Below are positions 30,782 to 41,357 of a DNA stretch of 64,000 bases, piece after piece. The position numbers and the translations under genes were made by a program. The notes below the pieces were generated by a model that saw only the letters and a program-made list of their open reading frames with translations, searched no databases and was not told where the DNA came from. How positions within the stretch are numbered: the first letter of the stretch is position 1; the number at the start of each line of letters is the position of its first letter. Origin of the DNA: an uncultured Spirochaetota bacterium (GTDB taxonomy: Bacteria > Spirochaetota > UBA4802 > UBA5550); contig CAWHAA010000004.1 of assembly GCA_963827275.1 (NCBI GenBank), positions 384,001 to 448,000 on the forward strand, written 5' to 3'.

Positions 30782-33700
30782 ATGGATTTTGTGCATCTCC
30801 ACAATCATACCGACTATTCAATCCTGGATGGCGCGATAAAGGTAGACAAACTGGTGAAAAAAGCCATGTCGCTGGGCATGGACGCCGTTGCCATAACCGA
30901 CCATGGCAACATGTTCGGCGCCATCGACTTTTACCAGGCGGCCCGCAAAGCGGGCATCAAGCCCATCATCGGCGAGGAATTCTACATGGCGCCCGGCCCG
31001 CGGACGGTGAAGGAGTCCAGCCGGAGCAACGGCGATGATAAATCCTACCATCTCATCCTCCTTGCGAAGAACAACACCGGCTACCAGAACTTGATGAAGC
31101 TTTCGTCAATCGGCTACACCGAGGGCTTTTACTACAAGCCCCGCATCGATTTCGAGGTGCTCGAAATGCACCATGAGGGCCTTGTCTGTTCTTCCGCGTG
31201 CCTGGGAGGGCAGATCCCTTCCCTGATCTTAAAGGGGAAGGTCCGCGAGGCGCGGGAGCTGGCCGGCCGGTTCAAGGAGATCTTCGGCAAAGACAACTTC
31301 TACCTCGAGCTCCAGTACCACGGGATCAAGGAGCAGGAAACCGCCAACCGGGAGCTGGTGAAGATCGGCGAGGAGATGGACATCCCCCTCATCGCCACCA
31401 ATGACGCGCACTATGTCGACAAGGACGATGCGCGCTCGCACGAGGTGCTCCTCTGCGTGCAGACCGGCAAGCTCATGAAGGACACCGACCGGATGAAGTT
31501 TCCCTCGGACGAGTTTTACCTCAAGTCGTACGATGAGATGAAGGCGCTGTTCAAGGACTATCCCGACGCGATCTTCAACACGCGCAAAATCGCCGAGATG
31601 GTGGAGCTCGAGCTCGATCTCGGGAAGCCGATACTGCCCAACTTCGAAGTCCCCGATGGCTTCAACCTTGACACCTATCTGCGCCACCTGGTCATGGAGG
31701 GCGCGCAGGCGCGCTACGGCGCGCACGTCCCCGACGAGGTGCGGAAGCGCATCGATTACGAGCTCACCGTCATAACCAAGATGCGCTTCTCCGGGTATTT
31801 CCTCATCGTGTGGGACGTCATCAAGCATGCGCGCTCAAAGGGGATACCGGTCGGGCCGGGGAGGGGCTCCGCCGCCGGGTCGATGGTGTCCTACTGCCTG
31901 GGGATCACCGCGCTCGATCCGCTCCGGTACGACCTCCTGTTCGAGCGGTTCCTGAATCCCGAGCGGAACGAGATGCCTGACATGGACCTCGATTTCTGCG
32001 CCGACCGGCGCGACGAGGTCATTGACTACGTGCGCGCCAGGTACGGCGATGACCACGTGAGCCAGATCATCACCTTCAACAAGATGAAGGCGAAGGCGGT
32101 CATCAAGGACGTCGCCAGGGCCATGGACATCCCGTTCCAGAGGGCCAATGAGATCAGCAAGCTCATCGAGGAAAAGGAGCTCCAGGAAACGCTGGCCAAG
32201 TCCAAGGAGTTCCAGGCCCTGTACAAGGACCGGGAGATGGGGAAGGAGCTTATCGACACGTCCCTCAAGCTGGAAGGGCTGAACCGCTCCGCCGGCCGCC
32301 ACGCCGCGGGTATCGTCATCTCGCGGGGCCCCCTGACCGACTACGTGCCCCTCTACATGGACAAGGACGGGGTGGTGTCGTCCCAGTTCGAGAAAAACGC
32401 GCTTGAAAAGGCGGGCCTGGTGAAGATGGACTTCCTGGGCCTTAAGAACCTGACCATCATAGATAAATGCCTGAAGCTGATACAGAAGACGGCCGGGGTC
32501 GACCTCGATATCGAGACGATCCCCCTCGACGATAAAGAGACGTACCGCCTCCTCCAGAAGGCGGACACCAAGGGCGTGTTCCAGCTTGAGAGCGGCGGCA
32601 TGCAGACCCTGCTCCGCCGGCTGGGCCCCACCTGCTTCGAGGACATCATCGCCATCGTCGCGCTCTTCCGGCCGGGCCCCCTGAATTCAGGCATGGCCGA
32701 CGATTTCATCAAGCGGAAGAGGGACCCGAAGCAGGTCCAGTACCCGCACCCCTCGCTGGAGCCGGTCCTCGGGGACACGCTGGGCGTCGTCGTGTACCAG
32801 GAGCAGGTCATGCGGATTTCGCAGATCATCGCCGGCTTCACCATGCCCGAGGCCGACAAGCTCCGCAAGGCCATGGGCAAGAAGGACATGGCGATCATTG
32901 ACGCCCTGGAGGACAAGTTCCTGAAGGGGGCCCAGAAGAACAGCATCAGCGCGGACCTGGCGGAAAGCCTCTATGACATGATAAAGAAGTTCGGCGAGTA
33001 CGGCTTCAACAAGTCGCACTCGGCGGCGTACGCCCTGGTCGCGTACCAGACCGCGTACCTCAAGGCGCACTACCCGCTTCAGTACATGACCTCGCTCCTC
33101 TCGGCCCAGCCGGACCGGCAGGACGACGTGATCCAGTACATCAACGACTGCCGCAACGCGGGGATCGAAGTCCTCCCGCCCTCGGTGACCCGGAGCAGCT
33201 ATGACTTCACCATCGAGGGCAGGTCGATCCGCTTCGGCCTCTCCGCCATCAAGGGGCTCGGCGAAAAGGCGATCGAGTCCATCGTGGAGGCGCGGGACCG
33301 GGTGGGGACGTTCAGGAGCATGAAGGAGTTCCTCGAGAACGTGGACTCGATGACCGTCAACAGGGGCGTGCTCGAATCCCTCATCAAGGCCGGCGCGATG
33401 GACTCGCTGCACGAAAACAGGGCGCAGCTTTTTGCCTCGATAGATGTTATTCTGGAAACCGCGCGGCGGCTCCAGGAGGACCGGGCGTCGGGCCAGGGCA
33501 ACCTCTTCGGGGGCGAGCCGGCCGCCGGCGCGGCCCCGGTCAACCACCTGGATTACCAGAATGTCCCCGAGTGGCATGACAACGAGAAGCTCTTCCACGA
33601 GAAGGAGGTGCTGGGCCTGTACATATCCGGCCACCCGCTCGCCAGGTACGAGAAGGAGATACGGATGTTTTCGTCGGTCTCGATCGCCAACCTGACCACC

Positions 33701-34225
33701 GAGCATAACGGCAGGAGCGTGTCGATCGTCGGGATACTCACGAACCTGCAGGTGAAGCGCGCGCAGAAGACAGGAAAGCGCTACGCGCTGGCGGATCTTG
33801 AGGACATGGAAAGCTCGGTCGGGGCGATCTTTTTCGACAAGGTCCTGACGAAGCACGAGGCGGTCATCATGAGCGGCGCGCCCGTGATGCTGACCGGCGT
33901 GGTCGAGGCGGAGAGCGACTCGGTCAAGAAGATCATCGTGAACGGGATCAAGTCATTGAAGGAGGTGCGGCAGGAATCGATATCCGCGCTGCACATCAGG
34001 CTCGACGCCCTCGGCGTGGATGATGATATATTGAAATCGATGGAGAGCATTTTCAGCCGTCACAAGGGCGACTGTCCCATATATTTCCATGTGAAGGCGA
34101 AGGACGGGGATAAGGTCATCAGGGCGCATCCGACATTTAATATCAGGCCGTCGGACGGGCTGGTGAAGGACCTTTCACAGGTCGTGGGGCAGGAATCGCT
34201 CGGGTTTTCGATACACCATCACTAA
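30782..34225 (+). CDS. dnaE: DNA polymerase III alpha subunit
   Basis: FVHLHNHTDYSILDG (PHP), GPGRGSAAGS, PDMDLD, YGFNKSH. Confidence 0.98.
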   Translation: MDFVHLHNHTDYSILDGAIKVDKLVKKAMSLGMDAVAITDHGNMFGAIDFYQAARKAGIKPIIGEEFYMAPGPRTVKESSRSNGDDKSYHLILLAKNNTGYQNLMKLSSIGYTEGFYYKPRIDFEVLEMHHEGLVCSSACLGGQIPSLILKGKVREARELAGRFKEIFGKDNFYLELQYHGIKEQETANRELVKIGEEMDIPLIATNDAHYVDKDDARSHEVLLCVQTGKLMKDTDRMKFPSDEFYLKSYDEMKALFKDYPDAIFNTRKIAEMVELELDLGKPILPNFEVPDGFNLDTYLRHLVMEGAQARYGAHVPDEVRKRIDYELTVITKMRFSGYFLIVWDVIKHARSKGIPVGPGRGSAAGSMVSYCLGITALDPLRYDLLFERFLNPERNEMPDMDLDFCADRRDEVIDYVRARYGDDHVSQIITFNKMKAKAVIKDVARAMDIPFQRANEISKLIEEKELQETLAKSKEFQALYKDREMGKELIDTSLKLEGLNRSAGRHAAGIVISRGPLTDYVPLYMDKDGVVSSQFEKNALEKAGLVKMDFLGLKNLTIIDKCLKLIQKTAGVDLDIETIPLDDKETYRLLQKADTKGVFQLESGGMQTLLRRLGPTCFEDIIAIVALFRPGPLNSGMADDFIKRKRDPKQVQYPHPSLEPVLGDTLGVVVYQEQVMRISQIIAGFTMPEADKLRKAMGKKDMAIIDALEDKFLKGAQKNSISADLAESLYDMIKKFGEYGFNKSHSAAYALVAYQTAYLKAHYPLQYMTSLLSAQPDRQDDVIQYINDCRNAGIEVLPPSVTRSSYDFTIEGRSIRFGLSAIKGLGEKAIESIVEARDRVGTFRSMKEFLENVDSMTVNRGVLESLIKAGAMDSLHENRAQLFASIDVILETARRLQEDRASGQGNLFGGEPAAGAAPVNHLDYQNVPEWHDNEKLFHEKEVLGLYISGHPLARYEKEIRMFSSVSIANLTTEHNGRSVSIVGILTNLQVKRAQKTGKRYALADLEDMESSVGAIFFDKVLTKHEAVIMSGAPVMLTGVVEAESDSVKKIIVNGIKSLKEVRQESISALHIRLDALGVDDDILKSMESIFSRHKGDCPIYFHVKAKDGDKVIRAHPTFNIRPSDGLVKDLSQVVGQESLGFSIHHH

Positions 34226-34272
34226 AGGCGACAGTCCGGATCGCCGCCTTTCTTATAATGAGGAGGCACGCC

Positions 34273-35115
34273 ATGGAAGAGCCACGATGCGTCATCTGCG
34301 GCAGCGACAAGCGCAGGCCGATGTTCCGGAAGCCGTCGCGGGACGGTACGCCTTTTACCCTGGTGAAATGCGTCCATTGCGGACTCGAGTATGTCTCCCC
34401 GCGCCCCGGGCCGGATGAAATCGGCGCCTATTACGGCGGCGACTACTTCACCCGGCGGTCGGACCGGGGGTATGATAATTATTTTTCCGAGGCCGCACGC
34501 AAGGAGATCGAACGCGTTTCGTTGCTCAACCTCAATGATCTCGGCTTTTTCGATTTTGAGGGTTCGCTCACCGGGGAAAAGCGGGTCCTGGACATCGGGT
34601 GCGCCGCCGGCTACTTTCTCAACTTTATGCGCGACAGGGGCTGGGAAACCACCGGCGTGGACATCTCCCCGGCGTGCGTGGAATTCGCCCGCGGGGAGGG
34701 GCTCGCGGTGTACGAGGACGACTACCTGGAGATCGCCTTTGCGCATCCGTTCGACCTCATCACCCTCTGGGCCTCGATCGAGCACCTGCATTACCCGGAC
34801 CGTTTCCTCAGAAAGGCGCACGACGAGCTGAAAAAGGGCGGGCGGCTCTACCTCTCCTCGTGCCGCACCGGCGGGTGCAACTTCAAGCGTCTGAAGGGGA
34901 GCGGGTGGCGTTACTACAATTTCCCGGAGCACTTATACTTTTTTTCCCGGACGCTGATGGAAAAAATACTTGAGCAAAACGGCTTTAGAATTACAGAGTA
35001 CTCCACCTATGGCAGCGGTTTCGGATCGTCCGGCTCGATCGCGCGGAAAGCGGCGGACCGGCTTGCCCGCCTGCGCCTGGGCGATATGATGCTCATCGCT
35101 GCGGAGAAGGCGTGA
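34273..35115 (+). CDS. Class I SAM-dependent methyltransferase with N-terminal Zn motif
   Basis: CVICG..CVHCG; VLDIGCAAG; FDLIT...IEH; PEHL. Confidence 0.85.
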   Translation: MEEPRCVICGSDKRRPMFRKPSRDGTPFTLVKCVHCGLEYVSPRPGPDEIGAYYGGDYFTRRSDRGYDNYFSEAARKEIERVSLLNLNDLGFFDFEGSLTGEKRVLDIGCAAGYFLNFMRDRGWETTGVDISPACVEFARGEGLAVYEDDYLEIAFAHPFDLITLWASIEHLHYPDRFLRKAHDELKKGGRLYLSSCRTGGCNFKRLKGSGWRYYNFPEHLYFFSRTLMEKILEQNGFRITEYSTYGSGFGSSGSIARKAADRLARLRLGDMMLIAAEKA

Positions 35116-35120
35116 GATAT

Positions 35121-35154
35121 TCCCCATCCCTTGATGGGAGGGGGTTGGGGAGGG
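35121..35154. repeat. Orphan hairpin + G-rich tail (REP-like)
   Basis: CCCCATCCC-TTGAT-GGGAGGGG then TTGGGGAGGG; same architecture as the DUF559 flanks. Confidence 0.45.
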
Positions 35155-35176
35155 AGATGCGAAAGGTGATACAATC

Positions 35177-36046
35177 ATGGAAATAGTACAAACCATCAGC
35201 GAGGTCCGCTCTCACGTGGCGGAAGCGCGCAGGGCCGGGAAGCGCATCGGCTTCGTCCCCACCATGGGTTTTTTACATGCGGGGCACCTCTCCCTCGTGG
35301 AGGAATCGAAGAAGCATACCGGGTACCAGGTGATGAGCATTTTCGTGAACCGGATCCAGTTCAACGACCCGAAGGATTTTTCGAGCTACCCGGTGGACCT
35401 CGAGCGGGACTTTGAGCTCGCGCGCGGGGCCGGCGTTGACCTGGTCTTTGTGCCCGGCGAGGGTGAGATGTATAAAAACAACCTCACCCGCGTCGATGTC
35501 GACGTGCTCACGAAGAACCTCTGCGGCGCCAGCCGCCCGGGCCACTTCAAGGGCGTTTTCACCGTGGTGAGCAAGCTCTTCAATATCGTGCAGCCGGACG
35601 TGGCCGTGTTCGGCCAGAAGGACATCCAGCAGGCGGTGAGCGTCGAAAAGATGGCGGCCGACCTTAACTTCCCGGTGCGGGTGGTGATCGCCCCCACGGT
35701 GCGGGAGGACGACGGACTTGCGATGAGCTCGCGCAACAGCCGCCTGGGCCCTGACGAGCGGAAGCGCGCGGTCGCGATCAGCCGGGCGCTCCGGCGCGCC
35801 GAAGAGATGCTCGCGTCCGGCGAGCGCTCGGTCGGCACAATCGTTGCCGCGATGACAGCCATCATCAGCGCATCGGGCCCGGGAAAGATCGATTATATCA
35901 CTGTGGCCCGCTACTCGGACCTGGCCCCCGTGGACGCCATTACGGAGCGGTCGGTCCTCGCGGTCGCGGTCTTCTACGGCGCCACACGGCTCATCGACAA
36001 CATGATCATCGAAATTGAAGGGGGGCGGGCGCGATGCGTCTACTGA
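35177..36046 (+). CDS. panC: Pantoate--beta-alanine ligase
   Basis: GFVPTMGFLHAGH, SRPGHF, FGQKD, GLAMSSRN, RLIDN. Confidence 0.97.
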   Translation: MEIVQTISEVRSHVAEARRAGKRIGFVPTMGFLHAGHLSLVEESKKHTGYQVMSIFVNRIQFNDPKDFSSYPVDLERDFELARGAGVDLVFVPGEGEMYKNNLTRVDVDVLTKNLCGASRPGHFKGVFTVVSKLFNIVQPDVAVFGQKDIQQAVSVEKMAADLNFPVRVVIAPTVREDDGLAMSSRNSRLGPDERKRAVAISRALRRAEEMLASGERSVGTIVAAMTAIISASGPGKIDYITVARYSDLAPVDAITERSVLAVAVFYGATRLIDNMIIEIEGGRARCVY

Positions 36047-36498
36047 TGCCGGCATGGCTCCTTTTCGCGCTCCTGATCGCTTCCGCGGGGTGCGCGCCGC
36101 AGGCCGCGCTCACGCCGCAGGCGGCCTTTCACGATCTGAAGAACGCCTTCCGGAAATCGGACGCCGCGTCGCTTGAGCGGCAGCTATCGGCCGGCAGCAT
36201 ACGGAAGGCCAGGGCGGCGATCTCGATGTTCTCGAAGATGGAAGACCGCCAGCTCCGGGCCCTCTCCGAAAAATTCGGCGTCGAGCCGGAACGGCTCCGC
36301 CGGCTTTCCGTGAGGGACTACTGCGCCCTCATCCTTGCGCTGGACCGGGGGAAGAGCGTCATCGGCGCGGCCACCTCCCGCGCGGTCACCGGCATTGACC
36401 GGAAGGGGGACCGGGCCGCGGTCCGGGTTGAGAACGGTATGGAGCTGGTCTTCGTCAAGGAAGGGCCGTACTGGAAGTTTGACATGGCGGGACTCTGA
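36034..36498 (+). CDS. Putative lipoprotein
   Basis: Lipobox SAGC; C-terminal FVKEGPYWKFD. Confidence 0.6.
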   Translation: MRLLMPAWLLFALLIASAGCAPQAALTPQAAFHDLKNAFRKSDAASLERQLSAGSIRKARAAISMFSKMEDRQLRALSEKFGVEPERLRRLSVRDYCALILALDRGKSVIGAATSRAVTGIDRKGDRAAVRVENGMELVFVKEGPYWKFDMAGL

Positions 36499-36525
36499 AT
36501 CCCCGTAATAATCAAGAACAACACC

Positions 36526-37155
36526 ATGATTGATTTTGAAACATTGACGATGTTCGTCACCGCGTCGTTTGTGCTGGGCCTGGCCCCGGGCCCGGATAAT
36601 ATTTTCGTGCTCACGCAGTCGATTGTGAACGGCAGGAAGGCCGGGTTTATTATCATACTCGGACTCTGCACCGGGCTCATCGTCCACACGACCATCGTCG
36701 CCCTGGGCGTCGCCGTCATATTCCAGACCTCGGCGCTTGCCTTTGGCATATTGAAGTATTGCGGCGCCGCGTACCTGCTTTACCTGGCATGGAAGGCCTT
36801 CAGGGCGTCGGCCGCGCCGATAGAATTGAATGAACGGGTACGGCTGACGTTCCCGCAGCTCTACCGCCGCGGCATCATAATGAATATCACTAATCCGAAG
36901 GTCTCAATATTTTTCATGGCCTTCCTGCCGCAGTTTGCGGACCCCTCCAGAGGGCCGATCATGGTCCAGCTGGCGCTCCTGGGGGCGATTTTTATCCTGG
37001 TAACGCTCGTCGTCTTCAACCTGATCGCCCAGCTCGCGGGAATCATCGGGAAATGGATATCAAAATCGGAAAAGGGAGAAAAGATACTGAACCGGGTCGC
37101 CGCGCTCGTCTTCGTGTCGCTTGCCATCAAGCTGATACTGACCGGGCAGAGATAA
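36526..37155 (+). CDS. LysE/RhtB family exporter
   Basis: APGPDN, GAAYLLYLAW, NITNPK..FF.AFLPQF. Confidence 0.9.
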   Translation: MIDFETLTMFVTASFVLGLAPGPDNIFVLTQSIVNGRKAGFIIILGLCTGLIVHTTIVALGVAVIFQTSALAFGILKYCGAAYLLYLAWKAFRASAAPIELNERVRLTFPQLYRRGIIMNITNPKVSIFFMAFLPQFADPSRGPIMVQLALLGAIFILVTLVVFNLIAQLAGIIGKWISKSEKGEKILNRVAALVFVSLAIKLILTGQR

Positions 37156-37178
37156 ATAATCAGGGAAGGAGCAACGCC

Positions 37179-37556
37179 ATGACGCATGCGGGGAAATCAA
37201 TATTCTATTTCGGCTTCTGGGTGGTCATCTGCGGTATTTCGCTCCTCGTGTTCCCGGAATTCAGCCTGGGCGTTGCCGGCATCACGCTGAACGACTACCT
37301 CCCGGTCAGGATCTTCGGCATGGTCCTTCTGTATCTGGCCGTCTATTATTTCGTCGCCGGCCGCAGTCCCGGCTTCCGGCCGCTCTACGTGGCCACGGTG
37401 TTCACGCGCTCATCGGCCCTGCTTTTTGTCATCATCGCCGTGCTCCTCGGCATGACGGAGCCGAGAGTTATCGGCTTTGTCACTGTCGATGGCCTGGGGG
37501 CCCTCTGGACGGCCCTGGCGCTCAGGGCGGACGGGAAGACCCTTCCGGCCCGCTGA
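37179..37556 (+). CDS. Small 4-TM membrane protein
   Basis: AAGGAG RBS; four hydrophobic segments. Confidence 0.65.
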   Translation: MTHAGKSIFYFGFWVVICGISLLVFPEFSLGVAGITLNDYLPVRIFGMVLLYLAVYYFVAGRSPGFRPLYVATVFTRSSALLFVIIAVLLGMTEPRVIGFVTVDGLGALWTALALRADGKTLPAR

Positions 37557-37623
37557 GAGGGAGTGTCTGGTCACTGCCGATGGGGATTCAATATGCAGTC
37601 AGGGAACTGCCGGAGGTTTTTGC

Positions 37624-39585
37624 ATGAAACAGGACACATCACTCTTCAGTCCCATCACCATCGGGACGATGGAGATAGCGAACAGGATCGCCATGGCGCC
37701 CATGGCGACCGATTTCGCCGAGGGCGACGGCACCGTGTCGCGCCGCATGATCGATTATTACGAAGCGCGCGCCAGGGGCGGCGCCGGTCTGATCATTCTC
37801 GAGGTGTGCACGATCGACGGGATGTCGCCCTATATCCCCCGCACGCTGGGGATTTGGGACGATTCGTTCGTCCCGGGACTGAGGCAGCTTGTCGACGCCC
37901 TCCACGCGCACGGCGCGCGCGTCATCCCGCAGATCGCCCATCCCGGACCCGAGTCGCTGGGCCCGCTCTTTACCGGGACGGAGGCGGTGGGGCCCTCGGC
38001 CGGCATCGTGAACAACCTTACCAGGATGAAGTGCCGCGGCCTGTCGGCGGAAGAGCTCCCCGGCATCATCGGGCAGTTCGGCCAGGCGGCCCGCCGCGCG
38101 CGCGAAGCGGGCTTCGACGGCATTGAGCTCCACGCGGCGCACAGCTACATGCTCGCCGGCTCGTTCCTCTCCGCGCTGCGCAACCGACGCGTTGACGGGT
38201 ACGGCGGGGACATGGAGGGACGCCTCAGGTTCGTGAGGGAAGTCATCGGCGCCATGAAAGAAGAGGCCGGGGACGATTTCCCCGTCACCATGCGCATTTC
38301 CGCGGAGGAGCAGGTCCCCGGCGGCCGGGAGATCCGGGAGACGGAGTACATGGCGTCGGTCCTCGCCGCCGACGGCGTCAGCGCCTTTCACGTGTCAAGC
38401 GGCGTGTACCCGGACCTGTCCTGGCGGGTGATCCCCCCGACCGGCACGCCGTTCGGCCTGAATGTCGAGGGCGCGGCCCGGATCAGGAAGGCGGCGGGCG
38501 TCCCGGTCATGGTGGTGGGCAGGATCGTGGACCCGGGCATGGCCGGGGACATCGTCCGCCGCGGCGACGCCGACATGGTGGTGCTCGGCCGATCGCTCAT
38601 CGCCGACCCCGCGTGGCCGCGCAAGGCCGCGGCGGGCGCGCGGGAGGACATCGCGCCCTGCATCGGCTGCGGCCTGGGGTGCGTGCGCAACCGGGAGCGC
38701 GGCGGCGACATGACCTGCATCGTGAACCCGGCGGTGGGCCGGGAAGCGGAGATGGCGATCAGGCCCGCGGCGCGGAAGAAGAAGGTGGTCGTCGCAGGCG
38801 CGGGCCCCGCGGGGCTCGAGGCCGCGCGCGTGGCGGCCCTGGCCGGCCATGATGTGTCGCTGTATGAAAAAGGCCCGGTCGCGGGCGGGCAGTTCAACCT
38901 GGCGGCGGTGCCGCCGGGCAAGCAGGAGCTGTGCAAGGTCATTCGCTACCTCTCGCTCCAGGCCGAAAAGGCCGGGGCCCGGATATCGTATAACGCACCG
39001 GTGACGGCAGCGCTGCTGGCGCGGGAGAAGCCGGACGCGCTGGTCATCGCCACCGGCGCGGGCCCCCGCCGCCTGCCGGTCCCGGGCGCGGACCGCGGCA
39101 ACGTGTTCACCGCCCACGAGGTGCTGGCGGGGACCGCGGACATCGGCCCGGGCAGGGCGCTTGTCATCGGCGGGGGGATGGTGGGGTGCGAGCTTGCCTC
39201 CTTTATCGCCAACACGGGCGACAACATCACCATCGGCAGGACCGAGGCGACCGTCGTGGAGATGACGGACGCCGTGGCCTCGGACATGTTCAGCGAGGGA
39301 CGGGAGCTCCTCATGGAAAAGCTCCGGCGCAGGGAGGTCAGGATCATCACCTCCGCCGCGGTGAAGGAGATCACCGCCGACGGCGCCGTGGTGGCGCTCC
39401 CCGCCGGGGAGGAGACGATCACCGGCATGGATTACATCATCCTCGCGACCGGCGCGGAGCCGGTGAACGGGCTTGCCGGCGAGGCCGCGGGCGTACCGGA
39501 GGTGCACGTGATCGGCGATGCGCGCGAGCCGCGCCAGGTGCTGGACGCGATTCGCGAAGGGTCCGAGACGGGGCTGGCGCTGTAG
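37624..39585 (+). CDS. NADH:flavin oxidoreductase (OYE-like FMN/4Fe-4S/FAD; DCR/BaiCD-type architecture)
   Basis: NRIAMAPM, GFDGIELHAAHSY, NRRVDGYGG, CIGCGLGC..C, GAGPAG, GGGMVG. Confidence 0.9.
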   Translation: MKQDTSLFSPITIGTMEIANRIAMAPMATDFAEGDGTVSRRMIDYYEARARGGAGLIILEVCTIDGMSPYIPRTLGIWDDSFVPGLRQLVDALHAHGARVIPQIAHPGPESLGPLFTGTEAVGPSAGIVNNLTRMKCRGLSAEELPGIIGQFGQAARRAREAGFDGIELHAAHSYMLAGSFLSALRNRRVDGYGGDMEGRLRFVREVIGAMKEEAGDDFPVTMRISAEEQVPGGREIRETEYMASVLAADGVSAFHVSSGVYPDLSWRVIPPTGTPFGLNVEGAARIRKAAGVPVMVVGRIVDPGMAGDIVRRGDADMVVLGRSLIADPAWPRKAAAGAREDIAPCIGCGLGCVRNRERGGDMTCIVNPAVGREAEMAIRPAARKKKVVVAGAGPAGLEAARVAALAGHDVSLYEKGPVAGGQFNLAAVPPGKQELCKVIRYLSLQAEKAGARISYNAPVTAALLAREKPDALVIATGAGPRRLPVPGADRGNVFTAHEVLAGTADIGPGRALVIGGGMVGCELASFIANTGDNITIGRTEATVVEMTDAVASDMFSEGRELLMEKLRRREVRIITSAAVKEITADGAVVALPAGEETITGMDYIILATGAEPVNGLAGEAAGVPEVHVIGDAREPRQVLDAIREGSETGLAL

Positions 39586-39643
39586 CATGCAAATAGAAGC
39601 ATATACTGATACTAAAGAAAATGTTCCGTACAAGGAGAATCCC

Positions 39644-40027
39644 ATGTCGAAATTTCTATCAGACGAATGGTTTGCGAAGGTCGATGAGCTCACCGCGGCT
39701 GCCGCAGGGCTTGATATACCAAAGGCGATGAAGGACGTGGTGGTCAACCTGAACGTTGAAAGCGGCGGCTCGGAAATCCCCATGTGCATGGACGGCGGCA
39801 TCATCAAAAAGGGGCACGCGCTGAAGGCGGACGTGGACATGTCCATGCCGGCGGAATACGCCCTCTCGATAATCGTCAGGGGCGATTGGTCCGCGGGGAT
39901 GAAGGGATGGGTGGCGCGCAAGATCAAGGTCGCGGGCAACATGCGCAAGCTCATACCGCTGCAGGTATACAGGGCGACCGCGTCGCAGGAAGCGCTCAGG
40001 AAAAAAATTGAAGGGATGACCGAATAA
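39644..40027 (+). CDS. SCP2 sterol/lipid-binding domain protein
   Basis: KFLSDEWF N-terminus and KIKVAGNM..L C-terminal SCP2-like motif. Confidence 0.75.
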   Translation: MSKFLSDEWFAKVDELTAAAAGLDIPKAMKDVVVNLNVESGGSEIPMCMDGGIIKKGHALKADVDMSMPAEYALSIIVRGDWSAGMKGWVARKIKVAGNMRKLIPLQVYRATASQEALRKKIEGMTE

Positions 40028-40081
40028 CTGTTTTGCAAGACGCGCGCAGGGGCGAATAATCATTCTCCCCTGCGCTGCGGG

Positions 40082-40339
40082 CTATCGACGCTTTTTTATG
40101 AAGTTTACGACCGCAAGGATGATGAGCGCGCCCACCAGGGCCGCGATGATCGACCCGATCCATCTTCCGCCGATATGGATCCCGAGGACACTGAAAAGCC
40201 ATCCTCCCAGGAATGAGCCGCAGACGCCGAAGATGAGGTTCCAGAGAAGCCCGAAGCCGCTCCCCTTCCAGATGAGGCCCGCCAGCCATCCTGCGATGAG
40301 GCCGACAATCAGCAGAACGATGATGCTTTCAGGTGTCAT
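40082..40339 (-). CDS. GlsB/YeaQ/YmgE (transglycosylase-associated) membrane protein
   Basis: VGLIAGWLA..G.GL..N...G..GS.LGG. Confidence 0.9.
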   Translation of the reverse strand: MTPESIIVLLIVGLIAGWLAGLIWKGSGFGLLWNLIFGVCGSFLGGWLFSVLGIHIGGRWIGSIIAALVGALIILAVVNFIKKRR

Positions 40340-40471
40340 ATCAGTACGCTCCTTGTTTGATGTTGGTGCTGCACATTATGCCGTAACGGCAATGATGGCA
40401 TATTAACTGATAAATTTCAATTAAAAAATATTATTAGCACGGGTCAAAACTGAACGGCGGGGGGATTGCAT

Positions 40472-40502
40472 GCGCGTCCCGGCCCGGGGGCCGGGACGCG
40501 CG
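40472..40502 (-). terminator. Hairpin directly after the TPR gene stop
   Basis: GCGCGTCCCGGCCC / GGGCCGGGACGCGC stem. Confidence 0.55.
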
Positions 40503-40505
40503 CTG

Positions 40506-41357
40506 TTATGCGAGTTTCTTTTTGTGTGACTGGATCAGCTTTTCCGCTTTTTTATACTCGCCCTTGAAAATGTAGAGCATGCTGAGCTTGGTGAGGTCGA
40601 GCACCTTCGCGTCCCTGTTCGCGAGGTCTGCTTCGAGGTCAATGATCTCTTTCTCGAGATCGCCGATCTCACGCATCTTGTGCTCGTAGGTCAGCTTGTC
40701 GAGGTATTTCTTGAAGCGCGCATATTCCGGCCTGCATTCGAGGGCCTCGGTCAGGTACTTGACCGCATCGTCATAGTTGCCCATGTAGAAATTGCAGAAC
40801 CCGTAGTAACGGTTGATGAATGACCTGTCCTCCGCGAGGTCCTTTATGCGGTCCAGGCACTGTATCGTCTTCCCATACTGTTTCCATTCATAGTAGATAT
40901 GCGACAGGAGAAGGTTGGCTTTGACATGGCGCTGGTCGAGGCCGATGACCGTGAGCAGGTATTTTTCCGCCTTCTTGAATTCCTCCTGGTCGTAGAGGAC
41001 CAGGCCGGCATAGTAGTTCCCCTCGAGGAACTGCGGCTCCCGGGCTATCGATTCGGTAAAATATTTGAGCGCCTGGGCGTAATTTTTTCTATTGAAATGC
41101 TCGACGCCGAGGTTCAGGAGCACGCGGTAGTGCGTGTCGATTTTCAGCGCCTCGAGGTAGGACATGATGGCCTTTTCGGAATCGCCCCGCCGCGCGTGGA
41201 TCTCGCCGATATTGTTATACGCGGCGACAAAATCCGGGTACGCGTCTATCGCCCTGCGGTATTCGCTCAGGGCCGCGTCAAGATCTCCCCTGTTGGATAG
41301 CTCTAACGCGTGGTTGTAGATGACCACGACGTCTCTGGGCACTGAACTGGTTATCAT
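40506..41357 (-). CDS. TPR-repeat protein
   Basis: AYNNIG, LLNLG, NYYAG TPR signatures throughout. Confidence 0.85.
   Translation of the reverse strand: MITSSVPRDVVVIYNHALELSNRGDLDAALSEYRRAIDAYPDFVAAYNNIGEIHARRGDSEKAIMSYLEALKIDTHYRVLLNLGVEHFNRKNYAQALKYFTESIAREPQFLEGNYYAGLVLYDQEEFKKAEKYLLTVIGLDQRHVKANLLLSHIYYEWKQYGKTIQCLDRIKDLAEDRSFINRYYGFCNFYMGNYDDAVKYLTEALECRPEYARFKKYLDKLTYEHKMREIGDLEKEIIDLEADLANRDAKVLDLTKLSMLYIFKGEYKKAEKLIQSHKKKLA

Noticed and set aside
30782..34225. Intein or split in dnaE
   Set aside because: Length (~1150 aa) and motifs are those of an uninterrupted DnaE
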